Of a DNA stretch of 64,000 nucleotides, positions 36,813 through 45,850 are shown one piece after another; position 1 is the stretch's first letter; every line of letters starts with the position of its first letter. This DNA comes from Planctomycetota bacterium (GTDB lineage: Bacteria; Planctomycetota; PLA2): NCBI GenBank assembly GCA_021776735.1, contig JAJFFH010000049.1, forward strand, positions 5,523 through 69,522, written 5' to 3'. The notes below the pieces were generated by a model. It did not search any database, was not told where the DNA came from, and was given only the letters and a program-made list of their open reading frames with translations. A program made the translations under genes and the position numbers.

Positions 36813-36983
36813 ATGCGAGCCGTTATCGACGCATACAAGAAGGACGTGGATCGCACGCTCCTGCGCGAGAACCTGAAGCTGACGCCGGAACAGCGGCTTG
36901 AAAAACTCATGGAGCTTCAGCGTTTTGCCGAAGAACTCCGCCGCGCGGGCCGCCGGCTCCGCCAAGAACGCCAAGTACAGTGA
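36813..36983 (+). CDS. Small protein, possible antitoxin-like partner of downstream nucleotidyltransferase
   Basis: MRAVIDAYKKDVDRTLLRENLKLTPEQRLEKLMELQRFAEELRRAG. Overlaps the next gene by 4 nt. A dispersed-motif copy lies 30 nt upstream. Confidence 0.4.
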   Translation: MRAVIDAYKKDVDRTLLRENLKLTPEQRLEKLMELQRFAEELRRAGRRLRQERQVQ

Positions 36984-37462
36984 CCGAATACCGCACGCTG
37001 CTGGAGATCCTCCATCGCGGTGGGGTCGAGTTCATCCTCGTCGGCGGCGTCGCCGCAACGCTGCACGGGTCGGCTCGCCTGACGCAAGACGTGGATGTCG
37101 TCTATGCCCGGTCGCCGGACAACATCGCCAGGATTGTGCAGGCACTGTCACCCTACCGCGCGTATCTGCGCGGTGCGCCGGCGGGGCTGCCGTTTGTCTT
37201 GGATGAGGCCACGATCCGGGCCGGTCTCAACTTCACGCTGACGACGACGCTCGGAGATCTGGACTTGTTCGGCGAGATCGCCGGGGGTGGCGCGTACGAG
37301 GCGCTCCTGCCGCAGACCGTGGAGATCGACGTGTTCGGTTTCAAGGTGCGTTGTATCGACCTCGTGACCTTGATCAAGGTCAAGCGCGCCGCGGGCCGGC
37401 CCAAGGATCTCGAGGCCCTCGCCGAACTCGAGGCGCTGCGAGACGAGTCCGAGTTGGAATAG
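36980..37462 (+). CDS. Nucleotidyltransferase-fold protein (possible TA-system toxin-like NTase)
   Basis: LVGGVAATLHGSARLTQDVDVVYARSPDNIARIVQAL is a minimal NTase GS...D.D motif. Confidence 0.55.
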   Translation: MTEYRTLLEILHRGGVEFILVGGVAATLHGSARLTQDVDVVYARSPDNIARIVQALSPYRAYLRGAPAGLPFVLDEATIRAGLNFTLTTTLGDLDLFGEIAGGGAYEALLPQTVEIDVFGFKVRCIDLVTLIKVKRAAGRPKDLEALAELEALRDESELE

Positions 37463-37496
37463 TGGCGCAGCACTCCGGTGCTGCCACGGCTCCCAG

Positions 37497-37516
37497 ACAT
37501 CGCCGTCCGTTTGCTT
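37497..37516 (+). repeat. Dispersed motif copy following a terminator-like hairpin (GCAGCAC-TCCG-GTGCTGC)
   Basis: GACATCGCCGTCCGTTTGCTTTCGTTCGG. Confidence 0.75.
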
Positions 37517-37548
37517 TCGTTCGGAGTTCGTTCGATGCGATCTCTCGC

Positions 37549-40440
37549 CTATTCCAGCGTGATCGGGGTTCTTACGCGGACGTTGGCACGGTGGACGCCG
37601 CCGATATTCTTGACCCAGATCGTGATCAGGTTGCCGCGACCCGCGTTGGCGTCGGTGCCGTCCCGGTTGCAGCCGCCCTGGAGGTCCACGAGCCAGCTCG
37701 ATCGGATGGGGTCGGGCGTGTCGTCATCGACGATGGTGGCGCCCGCGAAACTGTTGGCGCCCGCGGCCATCGAGTTGAAGTAGACGTGGCCGCCGCTCTG
37801 CAGATAGAGATCGACGGCGTCGCCGCCGGTTGCCGCGTGGATGTGGTCCACGTTCACCGGCAGGCCGTGGTCAGCGCGGTCGGGAACCTGGTCTTTCGAC
37901 GGATCGAAGTTCAGCGTGCCGGTGCCGAGGCGGCGGTAGTCCAGGACGATGGGGGAGCCTGCGTTCGAGTTGTGGCGGCACATGAAAACGTTGTGGAACG
38001 ACGGCGTGCTGCCGGCGACGCTGTTTTGGCGGACCGGAGTCGGCACGACCTTGAAGTTCTTGACCTGGAAAAAGTCGGGGCTGTTCACGCTGTCGCCGTC
38101 GCGCGAGATTTCCATGCCTCCGCCGTCCGGCAGATCGGCGTGCCAGAAGAAGAGGCGGACTTCCTTGAACGCCGCGAACGGATTGCCGGGCTCGAAGGGG
38201 CCGTCGCCGGGAACCGTGATCTGGATCGTCGTCAGCGGGCCGTAGCCGCACGCCGGGTGGCGCGAGACCGGTTCGAGGTACGGGCCGATGCCATCGATGT
38301 CGATGCCGCGCGTGCCCTCGAAAGGGCCGCTCGCGTGTACATGGAAGAAGGAGCAGCCGGGCTCGTCGCCGACCACGTTGTGGTTGTTGAGCCGGTCGAG
38401 AGCGATGATGGTGCCGGGCGAGAAGTTCGGGCCGCCGGCGATCGTCAGTGGGATCTCGAGCAGAAGCGCATCCGTCGCGGTGACCGTGTTGCCGCTTCCG
38501 TTGTCGCCCACCGCGGACGCGAGATTCTTGTGGTTGCCCTGGTTGAGGTAGTACACGCCAACGTTGCCCCCGCCGATATCGACCGCCTCGGCGTGGTCGA
38601 GGTTCAGCAGATTCGGGCACAGCGACTGCCAGGCGATATCGATCGTATCGACGCGCCGATCGGACATGACCTGGACCATGGGCGTCTTGGCCTGCCCGGA
38701 TTCCAGGCCGCCCAGGAAGAGGCCGACGCGGTTGTCGCTGACGTTCGCGCCGGAGCCAAAGTCGAACAGTTCTTGCGTGTAGAGAACGGACACGCGGGAG
38801 GGATCCGACTGGAACACCCCGTCGGTGCTGCAGCAGCCGTTGCCGAGCGTCTGGAACTTGAAATCGATCACGTTCCGGGCGCTTTCCTCCGGTTGGTCGA
38901 GGATGTCCGTGTTGATCCTCGTGGCGGTGTTGTTTTGCGTGATGTCGCCGGAAGTCGCGTCGTTCACCGAGGTGGTGATGTCGGGAAAGATCGCACGCAC
39001 GAACACCGACGAGGATCCGTTGGTATCGGCGGCCTGGGTCCATGCCGCGAAAATCTGCGGCGTGCCGCAGGTCAGCGTCGTGGTCAAGGAGCCGGGCACG
39101 ACCGGGGTCTCGTCTTCGTCCGCCGGGAACTCGTCGATCTCTTCCACTTCGGGGTTACGGCCCGAGAGGTCGAATCGCGTCACCATGACATCAACTGCCG
39201 TCGATGTATTGCCTTCGTCGAACCCGCCCTCTTGATAGAAAAACCAGTAATGGGGGAGCCCGTGATCATCCCCATAGAAGTTCTTGGCGTCGGGGAACGT
39301 GGGATCGACGACCTGGCCGACGTCGGTGTCGTTACGGGACACGAGCTGGGTGGGCCCGACGCCGCCCGGGCCGAACGTATTCGTGTAGAGAAAGGTCTCC
39401 TCCAGGCTGTCGAGGTCGCTCGTCATGAACGACCAGAGGAGCACGCCGTTGTGGGTGAGGAACTCGTTTCCGGCGGTGCCGCTCGCGCTCTGCAGTGGCC
39501 CGGGGAGATCGTTGCGGACTGCGGTTGCCAGGAGGTCGATCGACCCGTCCGGATTGAACTGCGTCGTGGTGCCCTGCAGGTCGAACCCGTTGTAGAAGAG
39601 CTGCCCCTCGATCTCAAAGGCGGCGAACGCGAACGTCGTATCGTCTCCCGACTCGGACTTGGACTCGTTGTCGTTGAATTCGGCGGAATAGACCAGGCCG
39701 TCCGAAACGAAGCCGAACGCTTCCACGTCCTGGTCCTCGTCTTCCGAGTCGCCGTTGACATCCGCATCGACGAATGTCGCCAGAGCCGTGAATCCGTACG
39801 TCAACGGGGCGCCGTCGGTGGCCGTCGATGCCGGGCGCCCGGCTTCCGAGTGGTCGAAGTAGAAGCTGTACAGACGCGTGTTGCCCTCGTCTTCCGGGTC
39901 GCCATCGCCGTCCCGGTCGATGGCCGTCCCGGACGAGCGGCGCTTGTAGAGAATGAGCGCGTCGCCGTCCCGGTTCTGGACCCCGTTCAAGAACAGTACC
40001 GAGGAGGTGGCCAGCGTTACCGGCGAGGTGTCGTCCTGCTGCTCGCCGACGATCTCGACCGGGGTACCGAAGACGCCGTTGGCGTAGTAGCTGGCCCACA
40101 GGTTGACGGGGATCGGATCATCGTCGTCGTCCGTCGGCGTGCCGGTCGTGAACAGCATGACAGCGTCGTTGTCTTCGCGGTCGATGAAGGCCCGCACATC
40201 GGCCACCGACGTCCCCGGCGGCGAGTACGCGATGCCGTCGGCGCTGTCGTCGGGCACGTTGTCCCGCGAAGGCGCGGCCGGAAAGCGGCTGAGCGGTTCG
40301 GCCGAGCCGTCGCCGAAGAAGAACCGGTTTTTCCCGTCGCATCCCCCGAGCACCGCAAGGGCGACGATCCCGGTCATCCAGCACCACCGCGTCCACCCGG
40401 CCGTCCGCAACGCCGTTATCCGGCACGTTTCTTGGATCAT
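37549..40440 (-). CDS. Large acidic lipoprotein (about 960 aa), hypothetical
   Basis: Lipobox IVALAVLGGCDG. Asp/Glu/Asn/Thr-rich. Several N-x-S/T sequons. Lower GC than its neighbours. Confidence 0.8.
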   Translation of the reverse strand: MIQETCRITALRTAGWTRWCWMTGIVALAVLGGCDGKNRFFFGDGSAEPLSRFPAAPSRDNVPDDSADGIAYSPPGTSVADVRAFIDREDNDAVMLFTTGTPTDDDDDPIPVNLWASYYANGVFGTPVEIVGEQQDDTSPVTLATSSVLFLNGVQNRDGDALILYKRRSSGTAIDRDGDGDPEDEGNTRLYSFYFDHSEAGRPASTATDGAPLTYGFTALATFVDADVNGDSEDEDQDVEAFGFVSDGLVYSAEFNDNESKSESGDDTTFAFAAFEIEGQLFYNGFDLQGTTTQFNPDGSIDLLATAVRNDLPGPLQSASGTAGNEFLTHNGVLLWSFMTSDLDSLEETFLYTNTFGPGGVGPTQLVSRNDTDVGQVVDPTFPDAKNFYGDDHGLPHYWFFYQEGGFDEGNTSTAVDVMVTRFDLSGRNPEVEEIDEFPADEDETPVVPGSLTTTLTCGTPQIFAAWTQAADTNGSSSVFVRAIFPDITTSVNDATSGDITQNNTATRINTDILDQPEESARNVIDFKFQTLGNGCCSTDGVFQSDPSRVSVLYTQELFDFGSGANVSDNRVGLFLGGLESGQAKTPMVQVMSDRRVDTIDIAWQSLCPNLLNLDHAEAVDIGGGNVGVYYLNQGNHKNLASAVGDNGSGNTVTATDALLLEIPLTIAGGPNFSPGTIIALDRLNNHNVVGDEPGCSFFHVHASGPFEGTRGIDIDGIGPYLEPVSRHPACGYGPLTTIQITVPGDGPFEPGNPFAAFKEVRLFFWHADLPDGGGMEISRDGDSVNSPDFFQVKNFKVVPTPVRQNSVAGSTPSFHNVFMCRHNSNAGSPIVLDYRRLGTGTLNFDPSKDQVPDRADHGLPVNVDHIHAATGGDAVDLYLQSGGHVYFNSMAAGANSFAGATIVDDDTPDPIRSSWLVDLQGGCNRDGTDANAGRGNLITIWVKNIGGVHRANVRVRTPITLE

Positions 40441-40557
40441 CGATTGCTCCCGTCCCTAGGCTGCCAGCCCGGCGCGCTCGCTGCGGATCGTTGTGGATGA
40501 GGCCTGCCGGGCAGTCTAGCCGGGACCGTGCACTGAGGTCAACGGAGCGGCCTTGCG

Positions 40558-42969
40558 TTGCCGGAAGTCGCATTCCATGATGGGGGCGTGAGGGCGTGGG
40601 CTGGACTACTTCTGGTTGTGCTCGCCGCGTCGCTTGCCAGGACGCTGCCGGCGTGGGACCACGTTTTCGTCGGTGAGCGTGGCATCCGGCTCCTCGGGTC
40701 GGACGCGTACTATCACCTGCGCCACGCCGGACACATGCGGACCGACGGTGCCCTGCGGCGCGACGACGTCTGGACGCACTATCCGACCGGCCAGCGTGCC
40801 ACGACCCCCGGACTCTTTGCCGTGGCCGTCGCCGCGCTACCCAACGCGGCCCTCCCCTTTGTTCCCCCCGCGCTGGGGGCCCTCGCGTTGCTGGCTCTTT
40901 TTGTCTTGTTGCGCCGCCTCGCCGGATCGGGAGCCGCGCTGCTTGGCGTGGCCTGCCTCGCTCTTTACCCGGGGCAGTTTCTCTCGCGGTCGCTGCTCGG
41001 TTTTTTGGATCATCACGCCGCGGAGGTTCTGCTCTCCCTGCTCTCGGTGCTCGGATTCTTGCGTTGCCTCGATCGCGCAGAGTCCGACGCGCCGCCGAAG
41101 TGGTGGCGCCCCGCTTTCCTCGAAGCGCTACCCATGGCGGTCTTTTTGTTCACCTGGTCGGGAGCGCCCGTCCACCTGCTGCTCCTGGCCCTGAGTGTCG
41201 CGGTCCTCGCCATCGTGCGGCTGGCGATCCACGGCGACTCCGGATGGCTGCCCGAGGCGTGCGCACGCTTTGGTTTCGGGCTCGTCCCCCTCGTGGCGAT
41301 TCCGGCCTGGATCGCTCCCTGGCTCGTGATGCGGCCCGACCTGTTCGCCGCCGTGCTCGCCGGGTGTGCCGCGTTCGCGTGCGCCGCGGCACCCGTGCTA
41401 TGGGCCGTCCGCCGTTACGGCCGTCCCCGCCTTGCCGCCGCGCTGTTGATGATTGCGATGGCGGCGGTCCTTGTGGCCGGCGCCAACACCAGCGCCGGGG
41501 CGCTGCTCTTGAGGACCCGGACGCGGCTCGTCTCCGAGCACCTGACCATCACGCCCGCTTCGGTTTTTGTGGACTACGGCACCATGCTCGTGCTCGCCGT
41601 CGGGGGACTTGCGGCTGCTGGAGTGTGCGTGCGCCGGGACCGCGGGCGACGCGTGTTCGGCACGACGTACGCCCTGTTGGTCGTCGCGCTGTGGTGGAAG
41701 ACGCGTGATTTTGCGTACATGGCCGGACCGTTCCTCGCGCTCCTGGCCGGGTTCGCCTGGTTGCCGACCCTGCGGCTCCTGCAGCGCCCGCGGAGGGCAA
41801 CCGTCGCGGGCGTCGTTACGCTTGCGTTGCTCGCCGGACCGATCTGGCCCTTGGGCCTGTCGCCGCGCCCGTGGCCGTCGCGGTCCTACGTGGATCGGAT
41901 CGTGGTCTGCACGGATGCCTGGGCCGAGGCTGTTTCCTGGCTGCGCACCAAGACGCCACCGCCTACGATCGATGCCGACAAGCCCGTCGCGCCGTTTGGG
42001 GACTTTGCGTATCCGACGGGAACCTACGGCGTGTGGTCGGCCTGGGACTATGCGAATCTCGTCAACGCGTTCGGCCGCCGGCCCGTAGTCTGGAGTCAGG
42101 GGGCGGCGCGCCATCCGGTGCAATGGATGTTGGAGCGCGACGAGAACGAAGCCCTCTCGCTGCTTCAGCAGTCGTGCCGGGGGCCGGAGCGCGTTCGCTA
42201 CGTCATGCTCGACGCGAACACCATGGGCGACAACTATCTCGCGCATCTGACGGCCGCCGGCCATGACATCGCGGCGCTGGGTCGCGGCCTCGTCGATCGG
42301 CCCGTCGGTCAGGCGACGTTCGGCGAGCGCCTGGACAACACGGTGGCAGCTCGCCTGTACTTTCGGGACGGCGATGGACTGCGGCGCTTTCGTCTGGTCT
42401 ATGCCACGACCCAGAGGACGTTCGTGGGCTACGTCGCGCAGACCCGTGGTGCGGGGGCGGTGATTCGCCGCTGCGCGATCCCGGCGGACGGTTTCGACAC
42501 GCGGATGCGACTCGAGATGATCGCCCAACGCGGCGGCGTGACCGAGGTGAAAGATGTCGGCTACGTCTACGGTGGCGTGGTGGAGCAGACCATCAAGGTG
42601 TTTGAGTGCGTCGAGGGCGCACGGGTGCAGGGCCGGACGCGCGCGCGTGCGGTCGTCACGGCCGGCCTCGACTTGATCGACGCGGCGAACAGCCGACGAC
42701 ACTACACGCAAGAGACCCGTGCCGGCGCCGACGGCCGATTCTCGATGCGCATTCCGTACGCTACCGACGCGCGCGCGGGGAGCGTTCGGGCGCGCGGCAA
42801 GCTGGCTCTCGTGGCGCGCGTCTCCGAGCGCAGCGTGATCGCGCGATCGGCGGTCCGGATCACCGAGCAACAGGTGCAGAGCGGCGGCATGGTCGAGGTC
42901 GATCTGCTGCCCACTCAAGCGCCCCCGACGCCCCCGACCCCGATCCCGCCGCCGAAAGGAGACGGGTAG
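40558..42969 (+). CDS. STT3/PglB/AglB-like oligosaccharyltransferase (multi-TM N-domain + periplasmic C-domain, divergent WWDYG motif)
   Basis: About 13 predicted TM helices. First loop SDAYYHLRHAGHMRTDG resembles the AglB/STT3 D-x-x-YH-R loop. C-domain YGVWSAWDYANLVNAFG aligns with the WWDYG block. Confidence 0.55.
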   Translation: MPEVAFHDGGVRAWAGLLLVVLAASLARTLPAWDHVFVGERGIRLLGSDAYYHLRHAGHMRTDGALRRDDVWTHYPTGQRATTPGLFAVAVAALPNAALPFVPPALGALALLALFVLLRRLAGSGAALLGVACLALYPGQFLSRSLLGFLDHHAAEVLLSLLSVLGFLRCLDRAESDAPPKWWRPAFLEALPMAVFLFTWSGAPVHLLLLALSVAVLAIVRLAIHGDSGWLPEACARFGFGLVPLVAIPAWIAPWLVMRPDLFAAVLAGCAAFACAAAPVLWAVRRYGRPRLAAALLMIAMAAVLVAGANTSAGALLLRTRTRLVSEHLTITPASVFVDYGTMLVLAVGGLAAAGVCVRRDRGRRVFGTTYALLVVALWWKTRDFAYMAGPFLALLAGFAWLPTLRLLQRPRRATVAGVVTLALLAGPIWPLGLSPRPWPSRSYVDRIVVCTDAWAEAVSWLRTKTPPPTIDADKPVAPFGDFAYPTGTYGVWSAWDYANLVNAFGRRPVVWSQGAARHPVQWMLERDENEALSLLQQSCRGPERVRYVMLDANTMGDNYLAHLTAAGHDIAALGRGLVDRPVGQATFGERLDNTVAARLYFRDGDGLRRFRLVYATTQRTFVGYVAQTRGAGAVIRRCAIPADGFDTRMRLEMIAQRGGVTEVKDVGYVYGGVVEQTIKVFECVEGARVQGRTRARAVVTAGLDLIDAANSRRHYTQETRAGADGRFSMRIPYATDARAGSVRARGKLALVARVSERSVIARSAVRITEQQVQSGGMVEVDLLPTQAPPTPPTPIPPPKGDG

Positions 42970-42970
42970 C

Positions 42971-44275
42971 GTGACTGCGCGACGTGCACTCCTCACGCGA
43001 CTGTTGCCGATCGCGGATCTGGCGGTGCTCGGGGCTGCGTTCGCTTTGGCGTACCGTCTCCGGTTCGGATCGTTCCCGGGCCCCGGAGACTTGCGGCACA
43101 CGGTGTCGCACCTGCTCTTGGGCCTGGCGCTTCTCGGCGCGTGGCTTCCGGGGTTGTTCCTGTTCGACCTGTACGACCCGGCCCGCTTTCGCGCGCGCGG
43201 CCGCCTCGCCGGCCAGGTCGTGCAGGCCGCGATACTCGTGGCGCTCGTGGCAGCGGCGGTGCTCTTTGGCACCAAGGCCACGCTGGCGAGCCGCGCGGTC
43301 TTTGGAATGACGCTGGTGATGGCGGCGGTGGGTGTGTGGCTGGTGCGCCTCGCCGCCTTCCGCTGGCTGCACGCAGGAACGCGCGAGCAGGCCATCTTGA
43401 TCGTCGGGGAGGGCGCCGATGCCGAGCGAATGGCCCAAGAGATCCCGGGCGCACGCCGGACGACGAGTGCCGCGCTTCGCGAGGTCCTGGACACCGAAGT
43501 CATCGATCGCGTCATCGTTGCGACCGCGTGGGACGACATCGCACCGTGTGTCGAAGTGTGCCTGGAGGTCGGCGCCGACGTCTCCATCGCGGCGCCGCTT
43601 CCCGGCCCGATCCTCGCCCGCGCCGTACCCGACCGCGTTTTCGGAACACCGGTCCTGCACCTGCACGGCTCGCCGCAATACCGCGCGGCGATGGTCGGCA
43701 AGCGCGCGTTCGACATCGTCGCCGCCTGCGTGCTGCTGCCGTTCGCGTTCCCCGTGTTCGCTGTCGCCGCCCTCGCCGTCCGTCTCTCGTCGCCCGGCCC
43801 GGTCCTGTTCGTGCAGGAGCGCGTCGGCCTCGCGGGCCGGCGGTTCAAGCTCTACAAGCTGCGCACGATGCGAACCGGCGCGGCGGCGGCTCCCGGCAAG
43901 CTCGGAAAGCTCGGAAAGCTCGGCGAGAAGGATCCGGACGACCCGCGCGTCACCCGCGTCGGCCGCTTCCTCCGCCGTTCGTCGATCGACGAGTTGCCGC
44001 AGCTCCTCAACGTGTTGCGCGGCGACATGAGCCTCGTCGGCCCCCGCCCCCCCCTGCCCGAAGAGGTCGCGCGTTACGACCGATGGCAGCGCCGCCGCCT
44101 CTCGATGCGCCCGGGCCTCACCGGACTGTGGCAGGTCTCCGGCCGCTCCGAACTCGGCTTTGACGAGTGCCTGCGGCTCGATCTCAAGTACATCGACAAC
44201 TGGAGCCCGTGGCTCGACGTCAAGATTCTCGTGCGCACGGTGCCTGCCGTTTTGAGTGGACGCGGCGCGCGATGA
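42971..44275 (+). CDS. Undecaprenyl-phosphate sugar phosphotransferase (WbaP/PglC-type initiating transferase)
   Basis: [20 protein letters not shown]...FKLYKLRTM...[28 protein letters not shown] is the bacterial sugar-transferase signature. Confidence 0.9.
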   Translation: MTARRALLTRLLPIADLAVLGAAFALAYRLRFGSFPGPGDLRHTVSHLLLGLALLGAWLPGLFLFDLYDPARFRARGRLAGQVVQAAILVALVAAAVLFGTKATLASRAVFGMTLVMAAVGVWLVRLAAFRWLHAGTREQAILIVGEGADAERMAQEIPGARRTTSAALREVLDTEVIDRVIVATAWDDIAPCVEVCLEVGADVSIAAPLPGPILARAVPDRVFGTPVLHLHGSPQYRAAMVGKRAFDIVAACVLLPFAFPVFAVAALAVRLSSPGPVLFVQERVGLAGRRFKLYKLRTMRTGAAAAPGKLGKLGKLGEKDPDDPRVTRVGRFLRRSSIDELPQLLNVLRGDMSLVGPRPPLPEEVARYDRWQRRRLSMRPGLTGLWQVSGRSELGFDECLRLDLKYIDNWSPWLDVKILVRTVPAVLSGRGAR

Positions 44276-45093
44276 ACGACGTGCGGCGCATCGGACCCGG
44301 AAGGGGCAGCGTGATTGCATCGCTGCGTGAACTTTGGGGGGGGCGGGGGCTGCTGCGCGCGATCGCGGGTCGCGAGTTTCGGGTGCGCTACACGCAATCG
44401 ATCCTGGGCGTCGCCTGGGCGCTCGCACACCCGCTCGTCTTGATGGGGGTGTTCACCGTCGTGTTCGGCAAGATCGTCCACGTCGGCAGCGAGGGGCAGC
44501 CCTACCCGCTGTTTTCATACGCCGGCCTGTTGCCGTGGACGTTCCTCGCGACCGGTACGACCCTGGCGATGCGCAGCCTCGTCGCGCACGTCGATCTCGT
44601 CACGAAGGTGTACTTTCCGCGCGAGTTGTTGCCGCTGGCGAGCCTCGCGGCGTCATTGGTCGACTTCCTGATCGCCCTCGGCGTGTTCCTGCTCGTGTTC
44701 CTCGCGTACGGACGCGTGCCCGGTGCGAGCTGGCTTTGGCTCGCTCCGCTGATCATGGTGCAGGCGGTACTGGCCGTCGGCATCGCGCTGTTCACGGCGG
44801 CGCTCAACGTGCGGTTCCGCGACGTCAAGCACGTCATGCCGCTGATGCTTCAGGCGTGGCTGTACATGAGTCCGGTGATCTACCCGATGGCGTCCGTGCC
44901 CGACCGCCTGCGCGGCGTCTTCGCCCTGAATCCGATGGCCGGGCTCGTCGATGGCTACCGCGCCGTGCTGCTCCACGGCCATGCGCCGGACGCCGCGCTG
45001 CTCTTGACCTCCGCGGCGGTCTCGTTGCTGACGCTCATCCTGGGCTGGGCGTACTTTCACCGCGTGGAGGCGTACTTCGCCGATGTCATCTGA
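44272..45093 (+). CDS. ABC-2 type polysaccharide export permease (Wzm/KpsM-like)
   Basis: 6 TM. ABC-2 family blocks. ATGA overlap with the upstream gene. Confidence 0.85.
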   Translation: MNDVRRIGPGRGSVIASLRELWGGRGLLRAIAGREFRVRYTQSILGVAWALAHPLVLMGVFTVVFGKIVHVGSEGQPYPLFSYAGLLPWTFLATGTTLAMRSLVAHVDLVTKVYFPRELLPLASLAASLVDFLIALGVFLLVFLAYGRVPGASWLWLAPLIMVQAVLAVGIALFTAALNVRFRDVKHVMPLMLQAWLYMSPVIYPMASVPDRLRGVFALNPMAGLVDGYRAVLLHGHAPDAALLLTSAAVSLLTLILGWAYFHRVEAYFADVI

Positions 45094-45850
45094 AGCGCTA
45101 GGCCAGGACGAGGCGATCCGGTTCGAGGGGGTGTGCAAGCGCTATCGGCTTGGCCGCGGCGGCGCGTGGGCGGGCGACCTGCGCGACGAGGCGGGGGGAC
45201 TTCTAGGCCGCCTCTTGCGGCGCAATCCGGCACCCCCGACCGTCGATGCGCTGGCCGGCGTGTCGTTTTCCGTACGGTGCGGCGAGAACGTCGCGCTGGT
45301 CGGCGCGAACGGTGCGGGCAAGTCCACGGCCCTGAAGCTCGTCGCACGCATCACCGTGCCGACGAGCGGTACCGTCTGGGTGCGCGGTCGCGTCGCGTCG
45401 CTGATTCAGATCGGCGCCGGGTTTCACCGGGAGCTGACCGGCCGCGAGAACGTGTTCCTGTACGGCGCAATCCTGGGGCTCACGCGCGGCGCGATCCGCG
45501 ACCGCATCGACGCCATCGTGGAGTTCGCCGGGCTCGAACGGTTCATGGACACGCCGGTCAAGCGCTACTCGCGCGGGATGTTTTTGCGGCTCGGCTTCAG
45601 TGTCGCCGTGCACGTCGATGCGGACGTGCTCTTGATCGACGAAGTGCTGGCCGCGGGCGACCGCGAATTCCGCGAGCGCTGCTTCGACCGGATGCGCACG
45701 CTCGTGCAGAGCGACAAGACACTCCTGTTTGTCTCCCACCAGCGCGAACTCGTCGAAAAGACCTGCGACCGCGCGCTGCTCCTTGCAGACGGCCGGGTTA
45801 CCGCGGACGGTTCCGTCGCCGACATCTGGCGCACCTACGCCGCCTCATGA
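45083..45850 (+). CDS. ABC transporter ATP-binding protein (Wzt/KpsT-like)
   Basis: Walker A LVGANGAGKST. Signature and Walker B LLIDEVLAAGD. Confidence 0.9.
   Translation: MSSEALGQDEAIRFEGVCKRYRLGRGGAWAGDLRDEAGGLLGRLLRRNPAPPTVDALAGVSFSVRCGENVALVGANGAGKSTALKLVARITVPTSGTVWVRGRVASLIQIGAGFHRELTGRENVFLYGAILGLTRGAIRDRIDAIVEFAGLERFMDTPVKRYSRGMFLRLGFSVAVHVDADVLLIDEVLAAGDREFRERCFDRMRTLVQSDKTLLFVSHQRELVEKTCDRALLLADGRVTADGSVADIWRTYAAS

Noticed and set aside
37478-37783. Plus-strand ORF beginning with the motif-encoded PDIAVRLL peptide
   Set aside because: It overlaps the 3' end of the large lipoprotein gene on the other strand. The reading frame is created by the repeat and a GC-rich tail.
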